Source of the DNA: Hydrurus foetidus
Lineage: Eukaryota
Assembly (NCBI GenBank): GCA_900617105.1
Contig: UYFQ01000741.1
Span: forward strand, 1 to 35,747
Length of the DNA: 35,747 bases
Direction of reading: 5' to 3'
The position numbers and the translations under genes were made by a program. This document shows, piece after piece, positions 27,394 to 35,747 of this stretch. The notes under the pieces are model-generated. The model saw only the letters and a list, made by a program, of their open reading frames with translations. It had not been told where the DNA came from and did no database searches. Positions within the stretch are counted from its first letter, which is position 1, and every line of letters starts with the position of its first letter.

Positions 27394-28181
27394 CTACTCC
27401 TGGAGTAAGACGCTCACCGCTGCCGAGTGTGGGTGTCGCCGCAAGAAGGAATCAATGGAATGCCTCACTGCAGACCAAAACGCTATGAACTCCTCTTCAG
27501 AGTGCAGCTCGGACCTGGGATCACACAGCTTTAAAATGCTAAGGATATCGTCATCACGATCGATCTCGACGACGTCTACCCCCCGCACACCCATCGCTTC
27601 CGCCTCCTCTGTGATGGACATCGTGGGCGCGCGGCCTCTTCTGGAGAGTCGATCGCAATTCTTGTTCTCCGTGCCTGGAATGTGCGTGACCTCTTTGATG
27701 TCCACCCCGGCCGCGATACAGAGTAGTGAGAACACCATCGCGGCCTTTCTCACCCGTTCTCCTCTTGGCCTCTCAGTTATCGCCCACGTCAGTGCTATAA
27801 CACTGTCGCCCCTGAGGGCCATACTCCTCCCCCGAAAACCGAGGGCGATTTGTCCGAGTATGGCTAAAATCGCCCCCAAGAACTCGGACAAGTTCTGGAA
27901 AGAAGAGTCCTCACCGAAACCGAGGAATAGAAGATCAGCGGCGCCGACACCCACCGCCACCTCTGCGTCGCCACATCTGCTGTACCATACGAGACCGGTG
28001 CCGCTAAGTGAAGAGTCGAACTCTGCCACTATCGCGCGAAAGATGAATTGGAGCGGGTGAACTCCGTTTCCCTGTGCCGCACGAGGCATAGCATCGCTCG
28101 CCAACACTGAATCGCTACAATCGCCTCCGCTGACAGTGGAACAGCGCATGGGGGTCGGTCCGACCCCACGTCAGCCGGTAT
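27394..28181 (-). pseudogene. Frameshifted RT-thumb/RNase H of the YR retrotransposon
   Basis: RNase H motifs: EFDSSLSGTG, QNLSEFLG, LRGDSVIALTW, HIPGTENKNCDRLSR. Upstream frames read YRLTWGRTDPHALF and LSAEAIVAIQCWRAMLCLV..EFTRS, which requires frameshifts near 28137 and 28035. Confidence 0.8.
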
Positions 28182-29094
28182 TGTAAGACTAAATACAAGA
28201 TGTCACCTTCTAGCGTTCGCAGCGAAGGTGGAGAAGCAGCTGCAGGCTACTGTCTCAATTCAGTGAGCTATCGAGTAGACGAAGCTGTGAAGTACAACGT
28301 ATTAAATTCTGATTAGAGTTTACAGATAGCCACGCAAAAGAGCTATCAGAACAGTTCATGACAGTGAAACTACCTTGAGACAAAGTTCACAGCGAGATGT
28401 GTTGTTCATAGCATGTGCTTGAGGAACGTTGCATGAATGCTTATAGTAACGAAGTGTTTTGGCGATACTGAAGAATCATGAAAGGCGAACGTTCATTTGC
28501 GTGAGGTCAGAGGGTTCGTACTAACTGATACATGGCGATAGTACAGGGGTACGTATGCGTGTATATGTATATGAACGTACATGCGTGAGTACTAACTGCT
28601 ATATGGCGATATTATAGGAGTACGTATGCATGTGTATGTATAAGAACGTACATGCGTAAGTACAGTGGTACTTACGTATGTACGCCTATACATCTATGTA
28701 CTACGCTATTGGCGATCGTACATACGTACATATTATATATGTACATACATGTGTAAGTACGTGTGTGTACGTATGCATATAATAATTTGTACTAACATGT
28801 GCACGTACGTATGTACGTGTGTGCGTGACCATACAAGTGTACGCTATGCTATATGCGTGCGTACGTACGTACGTACATATTGACTATGTACGTACATGTG
28901 TAAGTACATGTGTGTACGTATGCATAAATGAGTATGCACTAACATGTGTAAGTACGTGTGTACGTGTGCATGTTATCATATCTGCATGTGTACTTACGTA
29001 CGTACGTGTCGCATAACGTACATGTATATATTTGAAACTATATTTGCAACTATATTACTACAGACATATCTTGATAGAATCAAGTGGTCTGACA
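28182..29094 (-). repeat. Putative 3' LTR (913 bp) of Copia element 2, containing a degenerate TACG/TGTA satellite
   Basis: Begins TGTCAGAC immediately after the PPT and ends GTCTTACA (7/8 terminal inverted match) exactly where YR-element coding sequence resumes. The partner LTR is not in the window. Confidence 0.75.
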
Positions 29095-29100
29095 CTCCCC
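29095..29100 (-). promoter_or_regulatory. Polypurine tract (GGGGAG) of Copia element 2
   Basis: + strand ctcccc abuts the ca end of the putative LTR; typical Copia PPT-TG junction. Confidence 0.8.
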
Positions 29101-29226
29101 GTAGTGAAGATGTAGTGTAAAATAATGCATGTTTACTTATGAGCTACCTTTATAATATTAGAATTAACATAGTATATGTGTGATCAAGACAAATACAATA
29201 TTAAAACATAATTAGTATAGTGCTAT

Positions 29227-32200
29227 TTAAAGATTTCGTCTCTGAGACTGATCTATAATTTGATTTAGAAGTTTATTAAATATTGGTAGAGAAACTCTTT
29301 TTGTACCAATATCTGAATTATTATCGCACGATTTAACTTTAACAACTACGCAAGTACCATCAGCAACCTTCTCTTTGACCCAGTTTTCGGTGAGGTCGAG
29401 GTGCCTTAGGTTGCGTGTCATGTGTGCTGCCTTAGAATGGTATATACAGGCTTGGTTGTCTTCTTCAATAGAGGTTGGACCTTGGACCCATCCCATCATG
29501 TTTAGGATGCCTCTGTTGGCTATGACCTCTGCTTTGAGTGTGTGGTTGACAGCCTTGATTTCCGACTCTGCCGTTGATGTTGATATGCTGCCTTGGTCGG
29601 TGGAACACCAGCAGATAAGGTTACGGCCGAGGTATCCAAGGTATGCAGTCTGGGAGTGGCTATTGTCGGGATTACCACCCAAATCTGCATCGCATTGAAA
29701 CCGGAGTTGAAGTAGCGTTGTCATAGTCTCGATGTCTCTGGGTCCATCGTGTCCATGGAACACTAGTCGATCACTTCGTGCGTACTTGCAGTACTGCAAT
29801 AAGTGTTTGAGGAATTTAATATGTCTGGGACCTGGGTTGTTACCATAACGGGATAGTACATTGAGTGCATACAGAATGCCGACCATGGTATGTACCATAC
29901 CGTACATTAGTTGACCCACGACCCTCCTGTACGGGTACTTCATACACTGCATACGTTCCTCAGGGGTAGAAGCGTTGTCTAGTTTTGACAATGCAGGTTC
30001 TTGGTCCCCAGTCGGGTATGGTAAGTGCATGTCCTTCGCACCAGATATATTAGCCTCTTTTATTATTGAATCAATCATGCGATGTTGATCCATATAATAT
30101 GTGCCATCTTCATCACGCTGAATACGAATACCAACGAACTCCTTGTCAGTTGCATCAGTGACTTCATACTTGTGTGCATTGAAGGTGGCGATGATCAGAT
30201 CCCATTCATCAAGTTTGTCCGAAGGACCAAACCATCTGAAGTCATCACTGTGAGCGATGATAAGCATGGGTCTACCATCTGTGGTCCATTTAAAGAAGAA
30301 CTTGAGGTCCCAGGGTGTGTTCTTGTAACCACACTCGAAGATACAAATATCAAACTCTATGGAAAAGTTTTGCCCTGCAGGTGGGAATCCATAAAGATTG
30401 CCGACAGCCTGAAAGCAGAAACCGGGTGGGCAAGTGTATCCCTGCGGTGTCTTTATGTGCACCGGGAAGTTAACATTTGCTCTTGTAATGAGGTAAGCAC
30501 CAATGAGGTCACCTCCTTTCATTACTAGTCCATATGCTGCTGCAATGCTTAGTGCCATCTTGATGGAACACGATGATACATTTCCGCAGTATACGGCGTC
30601 GGGGTCGAAGTCCACGAGTGGTATCATCATATCTCCCCGTCCCACTAAACGGGCCTTTTTCGTACCGTCGGTTTTTATACTAAAAAGCCACATCATTGGT
30701 ACCAGGTGTTGGTCAATGTATGGTACTACATGTAAACATGAGTTCTTCTCGAATTTCTTTAATTCAGTATCTATTGCGTTTTTCCATTCAGGTATAGCCA
30801 TAGCTTTCCAGAATGATTTTGGCACATTGAGTTGATCGAAATTGATGAAGAGTTTTTCGTGATGACTTGCTTCAATCAATGAGAGAAAATGTTCGTGATT
30901 TCTAACATGAGTAGAGTACCAGTAGACAGCATCGTCATTTTCAATGTTTTGAATTGGTGTATTAATACCAATGTCATTATCATCGATGTCGGATTTGTTA
31001 TTTGTATCTCTAATTGGTGTTGGATCAAACGGTATATTCTGTTTTGTTGATTTGATATTAGTCGATCCAGATTTATTAACAATTTTGTTATTGTTAATCA
31101 CATTTGGATGTATTTTCGCTGGAATAGGATTTTCAGGAGTTCGATTCTGAATAATGCAAGGTATTACAGGTACAGGGTGTATTGGAATAGCTGGAGTTGC
31201 TAGTTGTTGTTCAGAATCTTTTTCAACTACCTTGTTAGCTGGTAGGACTGCAGAGATATCGTTATTGATATTCTGGTGTAAATTAGAAAAGTCAAGATCG
31301 GATGGGTACTCGTCCGTGTAATTATAATTATTGTCTTTGTCGAAAATGACGTCCTTACTTGTCCTAATTTTGCCGAAGATTCCGGTTGGTAGTATTTCGA
31401 TGACCTTAAAACAAGGCTCGAGCGTTCTCGATAAATCGTAACCAACGAATCTGGCTTTGTATGCACGAGGAAAACCGATTTTTCCTTTCCTATCTTCAAG
31501 CGCGATGTGAACCCAACATAAGCTCCAAAAGGCCTTGAGGTTCTTGAGGATTACATGCTTTCCAGTGATGAGATGATACGGTGATGTCTTGATTGCTGAA
31601 TGGTAATTGAATGCATGGGTGATGCATGTATACTCAAAGGCAAGATCCCAAAACTTCTGTGGTACTGTCATCCCTAAAGGTTGCATGGTGATGTTGCACT
31701 TCATCGATAAGACGCCTACTGCACGTTCTGCGATTCCATTTGCATGTTTGTCGCGAGGTGGTGTTGGCTCAAGTCGATATCCGAAGTTGTGTAGGCATTG
31801 AAGGAATTCAGCTGACCGATAAGATTTCTCTGCATCGGCTCTGATGAATCGGTCTACGCCTGGAAGCGAGGGCTTCCACTCAGGATGTGATTGGAAGAGG
31901 GTGGAGAAGCTTTTGACAAGTTCTGCAGCTCCCCGGTCTTTCGTGAAGCATGGATAACTTCGTCTTGTAGATAAGTCCGTGATAATATCGCAGTACTTAT
32001 AACCGGCCTGTGACCGGTGTGTATGTGTATACGCGTCAAGTGAGAATTGACTGCCGTAGCAAGGAGATGGCAAACGGTGTATACGAAGATGGTCCGTAGA
32101 GGTCTGTCGCATCGTGCCCTGTACGCATGCTGCGCATATTGGTCTTGGTGTAGATGCATCCAAGTTGGAGTAGTGTGCTCCAATGGTGTGCTGTCGGTGC

Positions 32201-32301
32201 CAGGCCATACCCTCTTCGCCAGGGTGTCCTAGTACGCGATGCACGTGGTCGTAAATCGAAAGCTCCTTTACACTCGTGACCAAGAGTTGAGCCGGTTGCA
32301 C
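29227..32301 (-). CDS. Pol: integrase, reverse transcriptase, RNase H (1024 aa), in frame with the upstream Gag-PR across one TGA
   Basis: HHCC: HRVLGH...CAAC. D-D-E: SLDAY / RADAEKSY / NGIAERAV. RT: KKARLVGRGD, GDLIGAYL, NLYGFPPAG, HSDDF. RNase H: CDADLGG, STAESE, EEDNQAC, NNSDIGTK. The ORF begins at GTG directly after the stop. Confidence 0.92.
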   Translation of the reverse strand: MQPAQLLVTSVKELSIYDHVHRVLGHPGEEGMAWHRQHTIGAHYSNLDASTPRPICAACVQGTMRQTSTDHLRIHRLPSPCYGSQFSLDAYTHTHRSQAGYKYCDIITDLSTRRSYPCFTKDRGAAELVKSFSTLFQSHPEWKPSLPGVDRFIRADAEKSYRSAEFLQCLHNFGYRLEPTPPRDKHANGIAERAVGVLSMKCNITMQPLGMTVPQKFWDLAFEYTCITHAFNYHSAIKTSPYHLITGKHVILKNLKAFWSLCWVHIALEDRKGKIGFPRAYKARFVGYDLSRTLEPCFKVIEILPTGIFGKIRTSKDVIFDKDNNYNYTDEYPSDLDFSNLHQNINNDISAVLPANKVVEKDSEQQLATPAIPIHPVPVIPCIIQNRTPENPIPAKIHPNVINNNKIVNKSGSTNIKSTKQNIPFDPTPIRDTNNKSDIDDNDIGINTPIQNIENDDAVYWYSTHVRNHEHFLSLIEASHHEKLFINFDQLNVPKSFWKAMAIPEWKNAIDTELKKFEKNSCLHVVPYIDQHLVPMMWLFSIKTDGTKKARLVGRGDMMIPLVDFDPDAVYCGNVSSCSIKMALSIAAAYGLVMKGGDLIGAYLITRANVNFPVHIKTPQGYTCPPGFCFQAVGNLYGFPPAGQNFSIEFDICIFECGYKNTPWDLKFFFKWTTDGRPMLIIAHSDDFRWFGPSDKLDEWDLIIATFNAHKYEVTDATDKEFVGIRIQRDEDGTYYMDQHRMIDSIIKEANISGAKDMHLPYPTGDQEPALSKLDNASTPEERMQCMKYPYRRVVGQLMYGMVHTMVGILYALNVLSRYGNNPGPRHIKFLKHLLQYCKYARSDRLVFHGHDGPRDIETMTTLLQLRFQCDADLGGNPDNSHSQTAYLGYLGRNLICWCSTDQGSISTSTAESEIKAVNHTLKAEVIANRGILNMMGWVQGPTSIEEDNQACIYHSKAAHMTRNLRHLDLTENWVKEKVADGTCVVVKVKSCDNNSDIGTKRVSLPIFNKLLNQIIDQSQRRNL

Positions 32302-35300
32302 TCAGTTGGAGTCCAGCAAGTAGAGGCCTTCCTCTACCTTGCCACTCATAACTGGGTGAGCTGTCTTTGAAATTGTCTGAAGGTGTGGGATGACATCTAT
32401 CGCATTGAAGAACTTGCAGTCCTTAGAGGTGAAGATGCCCACAAATCCCTTTGCACACGCTTGAGACACTGAGAGCAGTGTGGTATCATTCATTTGGTCG
32501 ATGACAATAGTCTTGAGCATGAATGGTGGGAGTAGTCCCATCTCAGTAGGCTGGGCAGTCTCCCCGAAAGCTGCTGAGACACTGCATGATGTAGGTCTAA
32601 GGTCACGGAGACTGCTGCGCAATCCAGTACCAGATGTAGATGCACCACTGTCAATGACTGTCTTGTGACTTGTCTTCTTGAATGACATGAATTTGCTGTC
32701 TTTGTCTGTAACTGTAAGTAAGTTGAGACTCTTTTTCTCAGCCAGTGCTCTTGCCTTTGCACGACGTGTGGCAGACACTGAATCCCTTGATGGTGATTTG
32801 GCTGGCGGAGTGCGCATTCGATATGGCTCAGGGGTTGCCAGATCTGCCATTGGAGGATGCAAAATATCTTGTGTAGATTGCTGAGAGTCGAGTGCCATGG
32901 GAGGATGCTCCAGCTGCAATGGTTGCTGCTCTTCCTCCTTGATCGTATATGGGACTGATACAATCATACGAGGTACACCAGCAGTCTTAAGTGCTGGAAC
33001 AATATCATCAGTAACAAGAGGAGGGTCTTGAAGCATTGGTGGAGCATGCATTGAGCTGGATGTTCCAGGTGTCTCCTTGAACTCATTGTCATCTGATGTT
33101 TTGATGATCTTCCTGCGTGCTGGACGCTTGGTATCAGTCTGGATTGACGCCCACAGACTGCGTTTATGACCCATCACGTATGGGTGATTGTATCGGGTCA
33201 GGTCTTCTTGGCATCTCCTGTGATGATCAGATGATGACCCCGGTGGAGTCATGTCTATGTCATCACCTTCTGATTCATCGTCACTATATTCGTCGTCATC
33301 ATCATCATCATTGTCATCATCATTTTCTTCAGTGTGGTCAGTCGTCTCACTAAGCAGGTCCTCTCTGTTGATGGCACTCATACGTGAATATGATGTCGTG
33401 ATGGGGCTTGTCTGCAATGCATAAGACTGTGGTGCTGGAGGCATTGGTTTGATGTTGTTGATGATTGCAGAGAAAGCATCGTGGAAGACTATCTGATCCA
33501 AGAACTGTGCGTTGGATCGATATGTATTCAATGTGAATATCACATTTGCTCTTGTCTGGGATTCGTCAGCTTGCATTTGCACTGCATCACGAAGTAGTTG
33601 AGCGCAGAATGACATGAAGTCGTAGATAATAGCCAAAGAGAGAATACGTAGAAGTCGCCATGGAATGTCAGGATGCTCCATGATGTATCTGATAGCAACA
33701 AAGTACTTCTCCACGTTTCTCATGTTTGATTGGTAGAACCCATAGTCGTCGGAATGATAGAATTTGTCGGAGAGAGGGTTGAAGTTCATATAACTGAAAT
33801 TTTCGGAACCCTCCCTGTCTGGAATCAACACGTCGGCGTTCAAGAACCTGTTTCCAATTTTGTAAAGCATTCGCATAAGCCGTTTGTCTGCTGTACGAAC
33901 ATCTTCTCGGATTTTCACGGATCTCGAGATGGTTGGGCTCTCTGAAAGCCATGTGAATGCCACCAAGATGTGTACCATCCTTGGTTCAGCTGCTGTCAGG
34001 TCTTGGAAGCTGACAACAATTCCGGAGAGAGGATCAGTAGGAGATCCATCGTAGTCGCTGGGAGATGAACCGGCGAATCTGTTATACTTCTCGACCGAGT
34101 TGAGCATTGTGAACAGGTGACGTCTGATCTCACGAAGTCTTGGAAAGGGCTCAAGGTGGTAGAACTCTGGGAACTCTGCAATGGATGTCGTTGATTGTTC
34201 CTTGAAGCGAAGAACATTGAACCGATCGATATGGTTGCTCGACCCATCGCCATTGAAATACTGAGGATCTCCTGATGTCCAGCCGTCAACATCAGCAGAT
34301 TGCAAAGTCCTGATGGTTGTAAGTTGGTTCAGCGAATATCCAGCTGGGTTCTTTGCCGTTGCAACTCCTTTGGGATATCCAACAAGTGATCGATGGGAAT
34401 CTGACACGATGATTGGTTTCTTGAAAGGAAACTTCGGTGGAGTCTTCTGATCTTTCTTGAGAGGAGGTGGGTTCTTGTTGGGCTTCTTGTCAGATGGTGC
34501 TCCCTTGTTTGGCGGCGCTGCTGCATGTGAATACTTGCATGAGGAACCGTTGGTACATAGGCCAGCGATGTGACGTCTGCACAGCTCCAAGGTTGGAGTA
34601 AGGGAAGCCATCTTGTGAGCTACCGCTGGGGCAGGATCAAGAAGCACAAGGTATTTGATGGTGTCGTCGTAGGATGCCTTTGACGTCTTTGATGAGGCCA
34701 TGATTGATAAGACGCTGAATCTTGCATCATGCTCCAGCTTTTCTTGTAGATGATAAAGCTTTTGATCATCAGTGACGGGCACGCCACTTGCGACTTTGAG
34801 GACTCTGAAGGCCTCTTCGATGGTTGCCACATTCTCCTGAATGGTTTGTGTGGACTTGAGCTTCAGGGAGTGGAGCTGATCCGTTGCCTTCCTGATGTCG
34901 CTGTTCTTTGTGCCGTTGATGTGATCGTAGATAGTCTTGAACCATAAGACCGCATCGTTGTCGGCAATCACACGCTTGATCAAATAATGTAGATCTTTCC
35001 CAGTAACCATATTGAGAATAACCAATAAGCGATCCAAATCGTGTAATCTTTTGTAGATGTCATCAGCTGGGATGACATCATACAATCCTTCTTCTGCTAA
35101 TACCAGTGACCTAGGTGAATACCCTCCAGGGTTCCGAGCAGTAATGACTGGTAACTCACGATCGCCTTTGGCTAATGTAAGAAGTTTACATTCACCTAGA
35201 GCGACCATGAACGTTTCCATGTTGTCGCGGTTGTCCTTCCCAGAGTTGGAAAACTTGGGCATCGAAAAGAAGAATTTCGATTGCGCAGAGGTGGTATCCA

Positions 35301-35747
35301 GGTATTCCGATATGGGCACCGATAAGATAGAAGAAGCCTTGGGCGTTGAAGCAGTTGGAATAGAGGCAGATCCAACTGTTGATTTCGGTTGGGAGACCAA
35401 CGGTGGAGGCTGTTGGATCTTAGAAGACATAATGTCGATGAGCCTTGCCACATCGGCGAAGGAAAATCTTGTCTCTGCATCCTGAGCCTCCAAATTGTCC
35501 GAAAATAAAGTTGTCGCTGTGGCTCCGAGATTCCGCGCCCGAGGTGCTAAAGGTGGTGTCGGAACAACCTCCTGATTTTGAAGGGCTAATTCCACCTCGT
35601 CTAGAAAATCACTATTTGGATTTTCTAAAGGAGGAATTGCTCCTGTCCTAGATCTTGTAACTCGACCAGTGAAGATGGGTTGAGCTGCTTCGATCAGAGT
35701 TCTGAACGGATGTTGAAGGAGGTCGGCAAGAGCCGGCGGAGAGTCTG
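32302..35747 (-). CDS. Gag-protease ORF (>1140 aa, open to the window edge) with CCCH zinc finger and an extra domain
   Basis: The frame stays open from 35595 to the window end. Copia gag core DAVLWFKTIYDH...LHSLKLK...DDQKLYHL; CRRHIAGLCTNGSSCKYSH; protease VIDSGAS; GLYLL pre-integrase motif, then TGA at 32304-32302. Confidence 0.88.
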   Translation of the reverse strand, partial: DSPPALADLLQHPFRTLIEAAQPIFTGRVTRSRTGAIPPLENPNSDFLDEVELALQNQEVVPTPPLAPRARNLGATATTLFSDNLEAQDAETRFSFADVARLIDIMSSKIQQPPPLVSQPKSTVGSASIPTASTPKASSILSVPISEYLDTTSAQSKFFFSMPKFSNSGKDNRDNMETFMVALGECKLLTLAKGDRELPVITARNPGGYSPRSLVLAEEGLYDVIPADDIYKRLHDLDRLLVILNMVTGKDLHYLIKRVIADNDAVLWFKTIYDHINGTKNSDIRKATDQLHSLKLKSTQTIQENVATIEEAFRVLKVASGVPVTDDQKLYHLQEKLEHDARFSVLSIMASSKTSKASYDDTIKYLVLLDPAPAVAHKMASLTPTLELCRRHIAGLCTNGSSCKYSHAAAPPNKGAPSDKKPNKNPPPLKKDQKTPPKFPFKKPIIVSDSHRSLVGYPKGVATAKNPAGYSLNQLTTIRTLQSADVDGWTSGDPQYFNGDGSSNHIDRFNVLRFKEQSTTSIAEFPEFYHLEPFPRLREIRRHLFTMLNSVEKYNRFAGSSPSDYDGSPTDPLSGIVVSFQDLTAAEPRMVHILVAFTWLSESPTISRSVKIREDVRTADKRLMRMLYKIGNRFLNADVLIPDREGSENFSYMNFNPLSDKFYHSDDYGFYQSNMRNVEKYFVAIRYIMEHPDIPWRLLRILSLAIIYDFMSFCAQLLRDAVQMQADESQTRANVIFTLNTYRSNAQFLDQIVFHDAFSAIINNIKPMPPAPQSYALQTSPITTSYSRMSAINREDLLSETTDHTEENDDDNDDDDDDEYSDDESEGDDIDMTPPGSSSDHHRRCQEDLTRYNHPYVMGHKRSLWASIQTDTKRPARRKIIKTSDDNEFKETPGTSSSMHAPPMLQDPPLVTDDIVPALKTAGVPRMIVSVPYTIKEEEQQPLQLEHPPMALDSQQSTQDILHPPMADLATPEPYRMRTPPAKSPSRDSVSATRRAKARALAEKKSLNLLTVTDKDSKFMSFKKTSHKTVIDSGASTSGTGLRSSLRDLRPTSCSVSAAFGETAQPTEMGLLPPFMLKTIVIDQMNDTTLLSVSQACAKGFVGIFTSKDCKFFNAIDVIPHLQTISKTAHPVMSGKVEEGLYLLDSN

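Larger units (their letters stand above)
25657..28181 (-). mobile_element. Tyrosine-recombinase (DIRS/Ngaro-like) retrotransposon, 3' part, interrupted by Copia element 2
   Basis: GC-rich block carrying a DIRS-type RT-thumb/RNase H followed by a YR ORF on the same strand. The left end is approximate (A7 run at 25657-25663); the right end is cut at the Copia LTR. Confidence 0.82.
28182..35747 (-). mobile_element. Second Ty1/Copia LTR retrotransposon (5' end outside the window)
   Basis: Gag-PR and IN-RT-RH ORFs in Copia order, PPT GGGGAG, putative 3' LTR; nested in the YR element. Confidence 0.93.

Noticed and set aside
26136..28060. Long + strand ORFs (300, 174 and 227 aa) opposite YR and RNase H
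   Set aside because: Antisense shadows of GC-rich coding sequence with no recognisable motifs.
28151..28167. Perfect palindrome ggggtcgg-t-ccgacccc as a possible element terminus
   Set aside because: It lies within the RT-thumb reading frame (WGRTDP); the boundary at 28181 is explained by the Copia insertion.
28545..29030. Repeat array as CRISPR-like
   Set aside because: No constant repeat with unique spacers, no cas genes, and a eukaryotic LTR context.

Overview
This is eukaryotic, intron-rich genomic DNA. The protein families and Copia type look stramenopile-like, but that is inference and no species is claimed. From left to right: (1) a possible terminal exon with a WW-like motif; (2) a large + strand gene of about 18 exons (924-13610, ~1900 aa) with IQ motifs, a p25-alpha/TPPP-like domain, WW and B-box zinc fingers, frame-consistent except for one in-frame TAA; (3) a very young Ty1/Copia LTR retrotransposon (14086-20140, minus strand, 534-bp LTRs differing at one base I could see, CAATC target-site duplication). 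It has no tRNA-type primer-binding site; an 11-nt sequence at the PBS position is perfectly complementary to a site inside its own LTR, suggesting Tf1-like self-priming; (4) an ankyrin-repeat gene (20333-24815) whose introns carry two fold-back elements; (5) a nested transposon cluster: a hAT-like 5' remnant, a DIRS/Ngaro-like tyrosine-recombinase retrotransposon remnant, and a second, unusual Copia inserted into its RT/RNase H. The second Copia has a CCCH finger in Gag, a ~245-aa unrecognised domain before the protease, an in-frame TGA at the protease/integrase junction, an HSDD RT motif and a satellite-filled 913-bp LTR. All calls were read by eye; no searches were run.
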